In this document: positions 18,143 through 27,353 of the stretch, piece after piece | Position numbering within the stretch: position 1 is the stretch's first letter | Layout: each line of letters starts with the position of its first letter | NCBI GenBank assembly: GCA_964490075.1 | Contig: CAZBBK010000058.1 | Coordinates: forward strand, 1-38,932 | Origin: an uncultured Gemmatimonadota bacterium | GTDB lineage: Bacteria; GCA-2686955 | Length of the DNA stretch: 38,932 bases | Direction of reading: 5' to 3' | Program-made: the position numbers and the translations under genes | The notes under the pieces: generated by a model | What the model saw: only the letters and a program-made list of their open reading frames with translations | Database searches by the model: none | Told to the model about the DNA's origin: nothing

Positions 18143-20902
18143 TCACTTCAGCAGCACCATCTTGCGCGTCGCCGTCTCGTCCGCCAGCTCCAGTCGGTAG
18201 AGATAGACGCCGCTGGCCAGCTCCTCTCCGGCCTTGCCACGACCGTCCCAGCGCAGCGCGTGACGCCCGGCGGGCAGCGAACCCTCGTGCAGGGTGCGCA
18301 CACACGCCCCGCGCAGGTCGTAGATCCTGAGCGCCGCGGCGCTGGTCTCGACCAGCTCGAAGGCGATGATGGTGCTCGGATTGAAGGGATTCGGGGCGTT
18401 CGGCTCGAGCACCGCGCGGCGCGGAGGCGCCGGTGCTCCGCCCTCGCGGAGGCCCCGATAGGGCGCCCAGTCGATCACCGAGCGCAGGATGTCCGACACC
18501 AGCACCGCGTCCTGCCCGAGGCTCAGATCGAAGCCGAAGGTGGTGACCTTGTGGGCGCCGGTGCCCGGCTGCCCGTCGTAGGTCACCGCGGCGGTCGCGT
18601 CGCCGGGCTGGTAGATCATCGCCGGCAGCGCCGTGTCGAGCGGCGTCAGCGACGAGGGGCTGGTCTGCACCGCGAGCAGAGGATGATCGACGAAGAGGTC
18701 GAAGATCTCGTGTCCCGCCACCCCCGACATCACCGGCGCGTGGGTGTTCTCGGAGAGCGCCTCTACGTGCAGCACGTCGGAGAAGAAGGCGGTGCCGGCC
18801 AGGTCCTCGTCGTAGTTCTGCCCGGTCAGGATGAAGTTGACGCCGCCGCCGATCAGGGTCGTCAGCGCGGCCTGGTCGCTTGCCGTGATGGTTTCGCTGT
18901 TCTCCTCGCCGGTGGCCCAGAGGATCGTGGAATTGCCGGTGTCGAAGGGATCGGCGACCGTGCCGGAGGTGTCGGCGACCGACCACTCGTCGAAGGCCAC
19001 GAAGCCGCCGTCGCGCAGCGCCTGGCGCAGCACCACCTCGGTCTCGTCGTCGCCGTCGTCGTCGACCAGCAGCACCTCGGGCCAGCCGACCACCAGCTCG
19101 AAGTCGGTGTGCGAGACGTAGGGGAAGCCCATCGGTGAGCTGGAGATCTCCAGCTCGAACTCGATCAGCACCGCCTCGTCGATCGCTCCCACCTGTACGG
19201 TGAAGGGATCGGCGGCGTTGTCGCCCTGGGTCCCGCCGTCCAGGTCGCCGAAGGAGCCGTTCGGATCGAGGATCGTCACGTCGCTGCTCTCGGTCGAGAG
19301 CACCGCGCTCACGTCGGGCGCGTCGCCCCACACGCTCGAGAGCTCCAGAATCAGGTCGAAGCTCTCGCCCGCTTCACCGCGCCCGTCGCCGTCGCCACCC
19401 ACCGCGTCGTCGCTGGTGCTCGACACCATCTCCAGCACCGGGATCGAGCGCGCCACGTCGAGCACCACGCTCATGGTGTCGCCGGAGTCCGAGATCTCCA
19501 GCACCGCGCACTCCGAGTCGGCATCGCCGCCATTGTAGGAACGCGAATTGGGCCAGGTGCTGTAGTGGAAATCGTGGTTGTCGCTGCTGCCCGGGAAGGG
19601 ATCGCCGCGGTCGCCGCTCACGCCGTCGCTCAGCTCCAGCTCGAAGCTCCCCGGCACCCCATCGGACTGCCAGTAGACCCACTGGTTGTCGACGCAGTCG
19701 GCCTCCTCGACCGTGACCAGGTAGTGGGGCGAGCCGTTGATCGGGTCTTTGCCCTCGTTCTTGTTGGAATTGCGGGCGTCGTCGATGTGCCAGATCATCA
19801 GGCCCTCGCCGGGCAGATGCTCGTCGAAGAGCACCTTCTGGCGGTTCTCGACCAGGAAGTACTCCCAGTTGGGCATCAGCTTCACCGGCAGCTTGTAGAT
19901 CACCGGATGGTCCTCGACGCGCGGCACCTCGAAGGGGTTGTGGATCACGTCGTTCTGCTCGATGACGATCGGCTCGACCCAGCCCAGGGTCACTTTCGAC
20001 CAGGCGTCGTAGTGGACCGGGCGGGTGCCGCCGCCGGTCCAGCTGCCGCTCGCCATGACGGTCCAGTCGCCGTTTCCCGAGGAGCTGTAGTCGGTGTCGT
20101 AGAGGTCGGGAAGGCCCAGCACGTGGCCGAACTCGTGCACGAAGACGCCAATCCCCTGCCCCTCCGGCTCGGTGGTGTAGTCGCGGACCTTGACGCCGTC
20201 GTCGGTCTGCACGTTGACGGAGCTGCGGTGCGACCAGATGTGGTCCGGATTGCCGGTCGCCTCGGCGCCGGGCCCGGCGTGCACCAGGAAGAACGACTCC
20301 ACCTCGCCGTCCTGGTCGACGTCGTAGATCGAGTAGTCGATCTCGTCGTCGGTCAGCTCCACCATGTCGGCGATCAGTCCCGCCACCGACATCGGCCCGC
20401 CACCCATGCCGTAGTCGTCGAAGGTGCCGGGGACACCGTCGGCGTTGCAGTAGTAGCCCGCCATGTTGTGCGGAGCCATGTACCAGACGGCCGTCACGTC
20501 ACCCTTGAACTGGAAGATCCCGTAGGAGTTCTCGGTGTAATAGTCCCAGCCGCTGCCGGTGCCGTAGCTGCCTTCCGAGAAGAGCATCTCCTCGAAATGC
20601 GCCGGCGTGTGCGCCTCCTCGTTGGCCTCCTGGTCGGGGAACTCCACCAGGAAGACCAGCGAGTGAACCGAGTCCTCGATCGCGGCCGCTAGGCCGTCGC
20701 GCAAGGGGGAGGGCGCCCACTCGTGGGCCTGCTGGTGGGCTTCGCTCATCTCGATGAAGTGCTCGAGACGTCCCTCGTCGCGCATGCGGCTCAGTGCCTC
20801 GGGGCTGGCCTGGGGCATGGCCTCGGCCAGGGTCGCGGCGGCCAGCAGGCCGAACCCGGCGGCGACGATCGGCCCATGAGTCGGGCGGGGGATTCGGAAC
20901 AT
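18143..20902 (-). CDS. Secreted M6-family (immune inhibitor A-like) metalloprotease with FlgD-Ig/T9SS-type C-terminal domain
   Basis: Signal peptide from ATG 20902 (GGAG upstream); YYTENSYG, VHAGPGAE, IWSH, HEFGHVLGLPDLYD, EYFLVENRQ; PNPFNPST...GVYLYRL...RKMVLLK. Confidence 0.92.
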   Translation of the reverse strand: MFRIPRPTHGPIVAAGFGLLAAATLAEAMPQASPEALSRMRDEGRLEHFIEMSEAHQQAHEWAPSPLRDGLAAAIEDSVHSLVFLVEFPDQEANEEAHTPAHFEEMLFSEGSYGTGSGWDYYTENSYGIFQFKGDVTAVWYMAPHNMAGYYCNADGVPGTFDDYGMGGGPMSVAGLIADMVELTDDEIDYSIYDVDQDGEVESFFLVHAGPGAEATGNPDHIWSHRSSVNVQTDDGVKVRDYTTEPEGQGIGVFVHEFGHVLGLPDLYDTDYSSSGNGDWTVMASGSWTGGGTRPVHYDAWSKVTLGWVEPIVIEQNDVIHNPFEVPRVEDHPVIYKLPVKLMPNWEYFLVENRQKVLFDEHLPGEGLMIWHIDDARNSNKNEGKDPINGSPHYLVTVEEADCVDNQWVYWQSDGVPGSFELELSDGVSGDRGDPFPGSSDNHDFHYSTWPNSRSYNGGDADSECAVLEISDSGDTMSVVLDVARSIPVLEMVSSTSDDAVGGDGDGRGEAGESFDLILELSSVWGDAPDVSAVLSTESSDVTILDPNGSFGDLDGGTQGDNAADPFTVQVGAIDEAVLIEFELEISSSPMGFPYVSHTDFELVVGWPEVLLVDDDGDDETEVVLRQALRDGGFVAFDEWSVADTSGTVADPFDTGNSTILWATGEENSETITASDQAALTTLIGGGVNFILTGQNYDEDLAGTAFFSDVLHVEALSENTHAPVMSGVAGHEIFDLFVDHPLLAVQTSPSSLTPLDTALPAMIYQPGDATAAVTYDGQPGTGAHKVTTFGFDLSLGQDAVLVSDILRSVIDWAPYRGLREGGAPAPPRRAVLEPNAPNPFNPSTIIAFELVETSAAALRIYDLRGACVRTLHEGSLPAGRHALRWDGRGKAGEELASGVYLYRLELADETATRKMVLLK

Positions 20903-20979
20903 GTCAGAGACTCCAGAGTTCAGCAGGTTCGAGAGCGGCAATTTCTGCACTATAGCCCGCTTCTCTCATCCAGGCGACG

Positions 20980-21786
20980 CTACTTCCCGGCCTTCACGCG
21001 CCTTCTGATCGACGCCGGGATGCCGTCCAGTCGGGTCGGCGTGCCGTCGACCAGAACCACCGTCGCCGAGCAGGCGGCCGCCTCGTCGGCGAGCGGCTCG
21101 AAGCGCACCAGGAGGTCCTCGAAGCGAAGCTCGCGGTGCGTGTGCACCGGCCCCGCGACCACCACCGCCCGCCCTTGTGGGAGCTCGACCGCCCCGGCAC
21201 GCAGCTTCTCCTGCAGCGGGGCATCGGCGGCGCCCTCGGCAGCGCCTTCGGCGGCGACGAACTCGCGCAGCAACCATTCCTGGAAGACCGCGCAATGGTC
21301 CTGCTCGGCCGCGCGCGGATCGGCCCTCGGCAGCCTCGACTCCTCGCCCGCGCCGCGCCGCGCCCGCCGCGCCGCCTTGGGATGATCGGCCAGCCAGGCG
21401 GCCCGCGCCTCGGCACCGAGCTGGTCGAGGGTCACCGGGGTCGCATCCCAGGGCCAGCGCGTGAGCGTGCGCCGCAGCTCGATCTCGGCCGCGGCGCTCC
21501 ACGGCGTGTAGGCGTGGTCGGCCTCGGCATAGAGGCTGTCGACGCCGCTCACCAGCACCGCGACGCCGGGCCAATCCGAGGGCTCCTCGACTCCGAGGGG
21601 CAGTGCTGCGCGCAGGCCCTCCACCACGCCGAGCACGAAGGCCTCTTTGGCCTCGGGCCCGAGCCGCCACCAGGCCGCGCGCGGATCGCCCCCGCGCTCG
21701 TCGATCCGCTTCTCGGCCGGCGCCGGCGCGGTCGCGAGCAGCGCCGCGGCCGCCAGCGCCCAGGCAGCGCGCGCGAAGCGGCGCAT
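20980..21786 (-). CDS. Hypothetical exported protein
   Basis: Signal peptide MRRFARAAWALAAAALLATAPAPA; TGATG coupling to the M28 gene; GC-typical codon use. Confidence 0.7.
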   Translation of the reverse strand: MRRFARAAWALAAAALLATAPAPAEKRIDERGGDPRAAWWRLGPEAKEAFVLGVVEGLRAALPLGVEEPSDWPGVAVLVSGVDSLYAEADHAYTPWSAAAEIELRRTLTRWPWDATPVTLDQLGAEARAAWLADHPKAARRARRGAGEESRLPRADPRAAEQDHCAVFQEWLLREFVAAEGAAEGAADAPLQEKLRAGAVELPQGRAVVVAGPVHTHRELRFEDLLVRFEPLADEAAACSATVVLVDGTPTRLDGIPASIRRRVKAGK

Positions 21787-24749
21787 CAGGCTCCTCCCGC
21801 AGGGTCGTCGAGCCACTCGGCGATGAAGAGGTTGGTCTCGCCACGCTGCTCGTTGTGGCGGTTCGAGCCCCAGACCAGGTGGCGGCCGTCGGGGCTGAAC
21901 ATCGGGAATCCATCGAAGTCGCGTGCGTAGGTGATGCGTTCCGGCTCGCCCCCCTCGATCCCGACCATGTAGAGATCGAACTCCCGTCCCCCCTCCGAGC
22001 CCCGATTGGAGCTGTAGATGACACGCCGGCCGCCGGGGTGGAAGTAGGGACCGAAGTTGGCCGCGCCGTCGTCGGTCAGGGCGATCGCTTCCCCGCCGGC
22101 GGCGTCCATCACGTAGATCTCGAGCTCACCCGGGCGCACCAGCCCGGCCTCCAGCAGGCCGCGGTAGTCCGCCAACGCCGCACCGCGCGGACGCGAGGCG
22201 CGGAACACGATCTTCGAGCAATCGGCGTTGAAGAAGGCCCCGCCGTCGTAGCCTGGCTCGAAGGTCAGGCGGCGCAGATCGGAGCCCTCTTCGTCCATGC
22301 TGTAGAGCTCGATGTCGCCGTCGCGGGTCGAGGTAAAGACGATTCGACCGCCGCGGTGGCACCAGGTCGCTTCGGCGTCGTAGCCGGGTGCGGCGGCGAT
22401 CGGCCGTGGTGGGCCCGATCCGTCAGCGGGGCGCAGGTAGAGATCGAAGCTCTCGTAGAGCGGCCAGACGTAGCCACTCGAATGATCGGGGACCGGCGGG
22501 CAGGCATCCCCCCCGCCGCGGGTCGAGGCGTAGATCACCCGCTCCCCTTCCGGCCAGTCGAAGTAGCCGCAGGTGGTGCGCCCACGACCGCTGGAGATCT
22601 GGCGGCTGCGCCCGGTCTCCAGGTCGTAGATGTAGATCCGGTCGCAGCCGCCGGCCTTCTTCTGCTCGCGCGAGGTGGCCTGGTAGATCAGCTCCGAGCC
22701 ATCGGGAGAGAAGTAGGCCTCGGCGTTCTCGCCGCCGAAGGTGAGCTGGCGGATGTTGCGCAGGTGCAGCTCTCTGGCGTCGTGAACGGGCGAGGGGACG
22801 TGGGGTTGCTCGGGACGCGCGTGGGGATGGGCGGCCTTGGGGCGCGAATGGGCGGAATGTCCGGCGCCGCGGGCGCGGCTTCCGAGGGTGACCGCCAGGG
22901 TGTGGCGCTCTCCCTCGCGCAGCACCACCAGCGGAACGTGGGTGCCCGGGGCGCGGCGCCGCAGCTCGTAGGTATAGTCGCGGATGTTGGCGACTGGGCT
23001 GCCTTCCAGCTCGACGATCCGGTCGCCGGCGCGCAGACCAGCCGCGGCCGCGGGAGAGCCCTCGCGCACGCCGCTCAGCAGCACTCCTCCCTCGGTCTGA
23101 CCCATCGAGGCGTAGTCCGGGATGGTGCCGAGCGATGCGCCGAGACTGCGGGCATCGCCGCGGGGCTCGGCGGATGTCGCTTGCGCGATGAGCTCGGGCC
23201 GCCGCGGGGCCGTGGCGACGCGCAGCACCAGCCCGGCGGCCAGCTCGGCGATCCGGGCGCCGCCGGCGGCGTTGATCAGCTCGACGTCGTCCTGCGGGCT
23301 GTGGTACTGCGCGTGGGCGCCGGTGAAGAGCTGCAAGGCGGGGATTCCGCGCGCCAGGAAGGAGCTCTGGTCGCTCGGCCCGTAGGCGTCGCCGGCCAGC
23401 CGCAGGGGCAGCTCGAGGCGCCGCGATTCCGCGTCCAGCCACTCTTCCCAGAGCGCGGCGCTGCCGGTGCCGAGCAGGGTCAGGCCCTGGTCGGGCCGCA
23501 GCCGGCCGACCATGTCCATGTTGATCACGGCGGCCGTGGCGGCCAGCGGCCGGGTCGGATGGGCGACGTAGTGCCGGGAGCCGATCAGTCCCGCCTCTTC
23601 GGCGCTGAAGGAGACCGCCAGCAGCCCGCGGCGCGAGTCGAGCGCACGAAGCCGCGGCACGAGCCTTGCCGCGGCCCCCAGCAACGCGGCGACCCCCGAC
23701 GCGTTGTCGTCCGCACCGTTGTGCACCGCGCGGGTCCCGGGCGCCATGGAGCGCGGCCCGCCCCAGCCGAGATGGTCGTGGTGGGCGCTCAGCAGCACCC
23801 ACTCCGAGGCCAGGGCGCCCGCCCCAGGCAGTCCGAAGACGACGTTGCGGCAGCGGGTCATCGATGCGTCGAGGCGCACCTCGCCGCGCGCCGAGAGCCC
23901 CTCCAGCGGGCGGCTTCCAGGCTCCATCGTCTGGTCGATGCGGCGCTGCTCCGCTTCCAGGTCGAGCCCCGCGGGCGCCAGCCACTCAGCGGCGGCGCGC
24001 CGCGTCATGGCGATCACCGGCAGCCCGGCGCTGGTCTGGCGTGGCTCCAGGCGGGGCAGCGCGTCGGGCGCCTTGGCCAGCGGGCCGTCCACCAGGATCA
24101 GCGCCGCCGCGCCGCGCATCGCGAGCTGCTCCGCCTTGTGCAGAAGCGCCGATTCGGCGATCGGTCGCGATCCATTCAGATGCGAGTCGGCGTCGTTCTC
24201 GCGCGGCTCGTAGCGCAGCGCGACCACGACCCGCCCGCGCGGGTCGACCTCGGCCAGGTCGTCGTAGCCCTGCTCGGGCGCGTGCAGAGCGTAGCCGGCG
24301 AAGAGCACCGGGCCTTCGAAGGTCCCGGAGCCCGACTCCGAGAAGGGGAGGTAGTCGGTCCCGAGCGCTGCGGCGACCGCGCCGCCCTCGCCTTGGAGCT
24401 CCAGTCGATTGCCCGCTTCCGCGGATGCGATCTCGGTGACCATGTCGAAGGTCTGGAAGGCCGTCCCGCGATCGCCCATCGGCTCCAGGCCGCTCGCGCC
24501 AAGGCGCTCGGCGATGTACTCCTCGGCGTCAGCGATGCCCGCGCTGCCCAGCCCCCTTCCCTCGAGCTCGTCGGAGGCCAGCCATGCGACCGCGGCCTGG
24601 AAGGCCTGGGCATCCTCCTCGGTCGCGGCGGCCGCGCCGGCGGTCGTGGCGGCGAGCACCAGGCCGGCGATCGACGTGGCCAGGCGCGGGAGAAAGCGGT
24701 CGGGCGAAGCGGGTGAAGACGAGGACGGGTGGGAGAGCCGGAGATGCAT
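21786..24749 (-). CDS. M28 peptidase with PA and PDZ domains fused to a C-terminal TolB-like (PD40) beta-propeller
   Basis: LASDELEGR, SAHHDHLG, GADDNASG, FSAEEAGLIGS, NMDMVGR, YHSPQDD; PDZ LGTIPDY...GSPAAAAGLRAGD; QLTFGGENAEAYFSPDG, GYDAEAT, FDGFPMFSPDG. Start ATG 24749 inferred. Confidence 0.9.
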   Translation of the reverse strand: MHLRLSHPSSSSPASPDRFLPRLATSIAGLVLAATTAGAAAATEEDAQAFQAAVAWLASDELEGRGLGSAGIADAEEYIAERLGASGLEPMGDRGTAFQTFDMVTEIASAEAGNRLELQGEGGAVAAALGTDYLPFSESGSGTFEGPVLFAGYALHAPEQGYDDLAEVDPRGRVVVALRYEPRENDADSHLNGSRPIAESALLHKAEQLAMRGAAALILVDGPLAKAPDALPRLEPRQTSAGLPVIAMTRRAAAEWLAPAGLDLEAEQRRIDQTMEPGSRPLEGLSARGEVRLDASMTRCRNVVFGLPGAGALASEWVLLSAHHDHLGWGGPRSMAPGTRAVHNGADDNASGVAALLGAAARLVPRLRALDSRRGLLAVSFSAEEAGLIGSRHYVAHPTRPLAATAAVINMDMVGRLRPDQGLTLLGTGSAALWEEWLDAESRRLELPLRLAGDAYGPSDQSSFLARGIPALQLFTGAHAQYHSPQDDVELINAAGGARIAELAAGLVLRVATAPRRPELIAQATSAEPRGDARSLGASLGTIPDYASMGQTEGGVLLSGVREGSPAAAAGLRAGDRIVELEGSPVANIRDYTYELRRRAPGTHVPLVVLREGERHTLAVTLGSRARGAGHSAHSRPKAAHPHARPEQPHVPSPVHDARELHLRNIRQLTFGGENAEAYFSPDGSELIYQATSREQKKAGGCDRIYIYDLETGRSRQISSGRGRTTCGYFDWPEGERVIYASTRGGGDACPPVPDHSSGYVWPLYESFDLYLRPADGSGPPRPIAAAPGYDAEATWCHRGGRIVFTSTRDGDIELYSMDEEGSDLRRLTFEPGYDGGAFFNADCSKIVFRASRPRGAALADYRGLLEAGLVRPGELEIYVMDAAGGEAIALTDDGAANFGPYFHPGGRRVIYSSNRGSEGGREFDLYMVGIEGGEPERITYARDFDGFPMFSPDGRHLVWGSNRHNEQRGETNLFIAEWLDDPAGGA

Positions 24750-24821
24750 GTCGTTCCCAGGAGTGAAGAGAGGATGCGGCGAGAAACGCCGAGTGTAGCG
24801 CCCGCGCGGTCCCGAGGGGAT

Positions 24822-25823
24822 ATGCTGGACGGCGTGAAATCGCAGCCCAAATCCAGCAACGCCGGCTCGCCCGCCCCCTCCCTGAACGAGCGGATCCCGC
24901 TCAATATCGTGACCGGCAGCCTCGGCAGCGGCAAGACGACGCTGCTGACGCATCTGCTCGAGGAGGGGATCGAAGGGCTGCGGCCGGCGGTGCTGATCAA
25001 CGAGCTGGGCGCGGTCTCGGTCGACGGTGCGATCCTCTCCGGGCTCGGCAGCGAAATCACCGAGCTGCCCTCCGGCTGCCTGTGCTGCATGTACTCCGAC
25101 GATCTGCGCCAGGTGGTCGGCAATGCTCTCGCGGCCCGACCCGACCTCTTGATCATCGAGACCTCCGGCGCCGCCTACCCCGATCCCCTGCTCTACAGCC
25201 TGCTCGAGATGGGCCTGACCATCGACGCCGTGATCACCCTGGTCGACGCCCTGAACCTGACCCGCCACCTGGCCGCCTCCGACACCTGCGCGGCCCAGCT
25301 CCAGGCCGCGGACGTGGTGCTGGTCAACAAGGCCGACCTGGCCTCGGAGCAGTCGCTCGCCGCCGTCGAGCGGCTGGTCGCCGAGGCGGCCAACCCCGGC
25401 CTGGTCCTGCGCACCGTCCAGGCCCGGATCGACCCGCGGCTGCTCTTCGGTACCTCCTATCCGCGCAACGAACGCGAGCTGGAGCAGTACCGCGCACGCA
25501 TCGAGGCCGGCATCGGCGCCGGCCACCTGGCCGACGAGGGGATCGAAACCTGCGTGCTGCCGGCCCCCGGCCCCTTCGACCGCCGCGCGCTGCGCCGCTT
25601 CGTCCGCGGCCTGCCGCCCGAGGTCTTCCGCGTCAAGGGGATCGTGCGCCTGGCCGACACCGGCGGCGCGGAGCTCTTGAGCGTGGTCTGCGGCCGCGGG
25701 CGCCTGTTCTCGGGGCTGCGACCGGAGGCGCTGGCGGCGGCCGGGGCGGTGGTGGCGATCGGCCGCGGGGTCGCGGCGCTGCGGGATCGGCTGCAGGCCG
25801 ATCTGGATGCTTGTCGGGCTTGA
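24822..25823 (+). CDS. COG0523/CobW-family G3E GTPase metallochaperone
   Basis: GSLGSGKTT, INELG, GCLCC, IETSG, NKAD, VFRVKG C-terminal domain; GAGGGG before ATG 24822. Confidence 0.92.
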   Translation: MLDGVKSQPKSSNAGSPAPSLNERIPLNIVTGSLGSGKTTLLTHLLEEGIEGLRPAVLINELGAVSVDGAILSGLGSEITELPSGCLCCMYSDDLRQVVGNALAARPDLLIIETSGAAYPDPLLYSLLEMGLTIDAVITLVDALNLTRHLAASDTCAAQLQAADVVLVNKADLASEQSLAAVERLVAEAANPGLVLRTVQARIDPRLLFGTSYPRNERELEQYRARIEAGIGAGHLADEGIETCVLPAPGPFDRRALRRFVRGLPPEVFRVKGIVRLADTGGAELLSVVCGRGRLFSGLRPEALAAAGAVVAIGRGVAALRDRLQADLDACRA

Positions 25824-25839
25824 CCGCTCAGACGGCGGC

Positions 25840-25955
25840 CTGAGCCGACTCAGACACGCGAATTGACCAAGAAGCGGCCGCAATCGCCGCCTGAGCCGAC
25901 TCAAACATCCAGAATGACCACGCTGAGACCCAAACAGCTTCCTGAGCCGGCTCAG
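25840..25955 (+). repeat. Dispersed intergenic element copy 1: three CTGAG-N4-CTCA(G/A) dyads at 51-bp period
   Basis: Dyads at 25840-25853, 25891-25904, 25942-25955; colinear inverted copy at 34611-34726. Confidence 0.85.
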
Positions 25956-26129
25956 GTGACCAGATCGGCCGCCAGCGCGGGCCGCGCGACCCGAAAAGGC
26001 CACGCCCGTGCAGACTCTGGGGCTCTCTGCGCTTGGATTCCCTCGAACCGCCGGAAGCGCCCACCTGGAACAGTGGATCCGTCCCACCGAAACCGGTCAT
26101 CGCCCACCCGAAACGCGGCTCACACCCAA

Positions 26130-26550
26130 TCCGCGGCATCCGCGCCGCGCCGAACTCGGGCGGCGTGTAGACCACCAGGCCCGCGGAGGCGCAGGGGAGC
26201 GCGACACGATTCGAGCCGGGAATCCGCACCGCGGGTCCGTTGGTCGTGCCGATCGCCTCCGGGCGGGTGACACGGCCGATGCGGGCGCCTGGCAGGATCT
26301 CCGCCACGTAGAGGCTGTCATCGGTGCTGAGCCACGCCAGGCCGTCGACGAAGGATGCGCTCCAGGCATCGAAGCGGGGGCGGAAGCGGAGCGAGTCGAC
26401 CGGGACGAGCGCGCTTCCGGCGACATCGATGCGCGGCGTCTCGACGGCGCCGGCTTCCCCGTGAACGATGGCACGGGGGCCGATCAGCGGGTCGTCGAAA
26501 ACGTCGGGGAAGAGCCGGTCGAACCCCGCCGTGCCGGTGAAGGTGAAAAG
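26130..26550 (-). pseudogene. Fragment of a beta-propeller (LVIVD-like) protein gene
   Basis: Protein-like stretch ...FVDGLAWLSTDDSLYVAEI...NRVALPCASAGLVVYT without a credible start; boundaries approximate. Confidence 0.4.
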
Positions 26551-26569
26551 GTCGCTGCTCTCGCCACGA

Positions 26570-27171
26570 TCCCCCGCGAGCGCCCGCGAGATCCAGGTCT
26601 GTGACGACTGCGAGCACGTGACGATCCAGTCGGCACTCGATGCCGCGACGCTCGGCGGCGGAGGTCTCGCCACCAAGGCGAATCCCCGCGTGCCGGCGCA
26701 ACCGAGCCGATCAGGGCGGCGGGATCTACTGGCGGGACGCGGGGGGGGCGGAGTCGTCCGCGCCAGTCGGCTCGCGGACAATGCAGCGACCTGGAAGGGC
26801 GGAGGGATCTCCTGCCTCGGTACCCAAGGGCTCCGCCTGGTCGACGACGAATTGATCTCGAACCACGCAGATGACCGCCTGAAGGCGATCTGGCTCCGGG
26901 AGCCCCTGCCCCGCGATCCCCTGGTCCGCATTCCAACATCGAAGGGGGATGGGAGGGCGAAGGCAACATCGATGCCGACCCGCTCTTCCGATCCGCCCGC
27001 GGCTTCGACTCCCCCTGCATCGACCGCGGCGCCCCGAGCGTGGCGGACGCCATCTCGGACTGGCACCCGCGTTGGCCGGAGCAGTTCCCCAACGCCGCGC
27101 GCTCCGACATGGGGGCCTACGGTGGTCCCGGGAATTGGGACGGGGCGGGACGCGGCGTGCCCACGAAGTGA
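26570..27171 (+). pseudogene. Collapsed remnant of a secreted right-handed parallel beta-helix (pectin-lyase-like) protein gene
   Basis: Motifs in three frames: ASAREIQVCDDCEHVTIQSALDAA; NRADQGGGIY; NAATWKGGGISC; SNIEGGWEGEGNIDADPLF..SPCIDRG..RSDMGAYGGP ending at TGA 27169-27171. Confidence 0.7.
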
Positions 27172-27264
27172 ACCATGCCGGCCGCAGGTCGCCCGGACTC
27201 CGCCGCAGCCCCCCCCAAAAACACCCACCGATCCAACCAAGGAAGACGGCCAATCCCAAACCAC

Positions 27265-27321
27265 GCGGGCCGCTTCGGCTGCGAGCGCCGAAAGGTGCTC
27301 GCCAGCCGCAAGCGGCCCCGC
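27265..27321. repeat. Long imperfect hairpin with GAAA loop (REP-like)
   Basis: gcgggccgctt cggctg cgagcgcc GAAA ggtgctcg ccagccg caagcggccccgc pairs end to end with small bulges. Confidence 0.65.
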
Positions 27322-27353
27322 ATAGGCTGCGGCCTACGGCCACAGCCTATGCG
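27319..27353 (-). terminator. Hairpin abutting the stop codon of 27354-28973 (REP-like or terminator)
   Basis: cgcataggctg...cagcctatgcg is a perfect 11-bp stem with an inner ggcc/ggcc pair; no clear U-tract. Confidence 0.5.

Noticed and set aside
21603-24716. 1037-aa plus-strand ORF and similar long antisense ORFs (638-2014, 10273-11817, 26949-29114)
   Set aside because: Stop-poor shadow frames opposite well-supported genes, expected at high GC; no motifs.
25840-25955. CRISPR mini-array interpretation of the 51-bp repeats
   Set aside because: Conserved core is only 14 bp and degenerate, spacers are homologous between the two loci rather than unique, and no cas genes are present.
24750-26087. 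N-terminal extension of the 1433-aa ORF
   Set aside because: It is the antisense shadow of the COG0523 gene plus the repeat; the signal-peptide-like start is at 24749.
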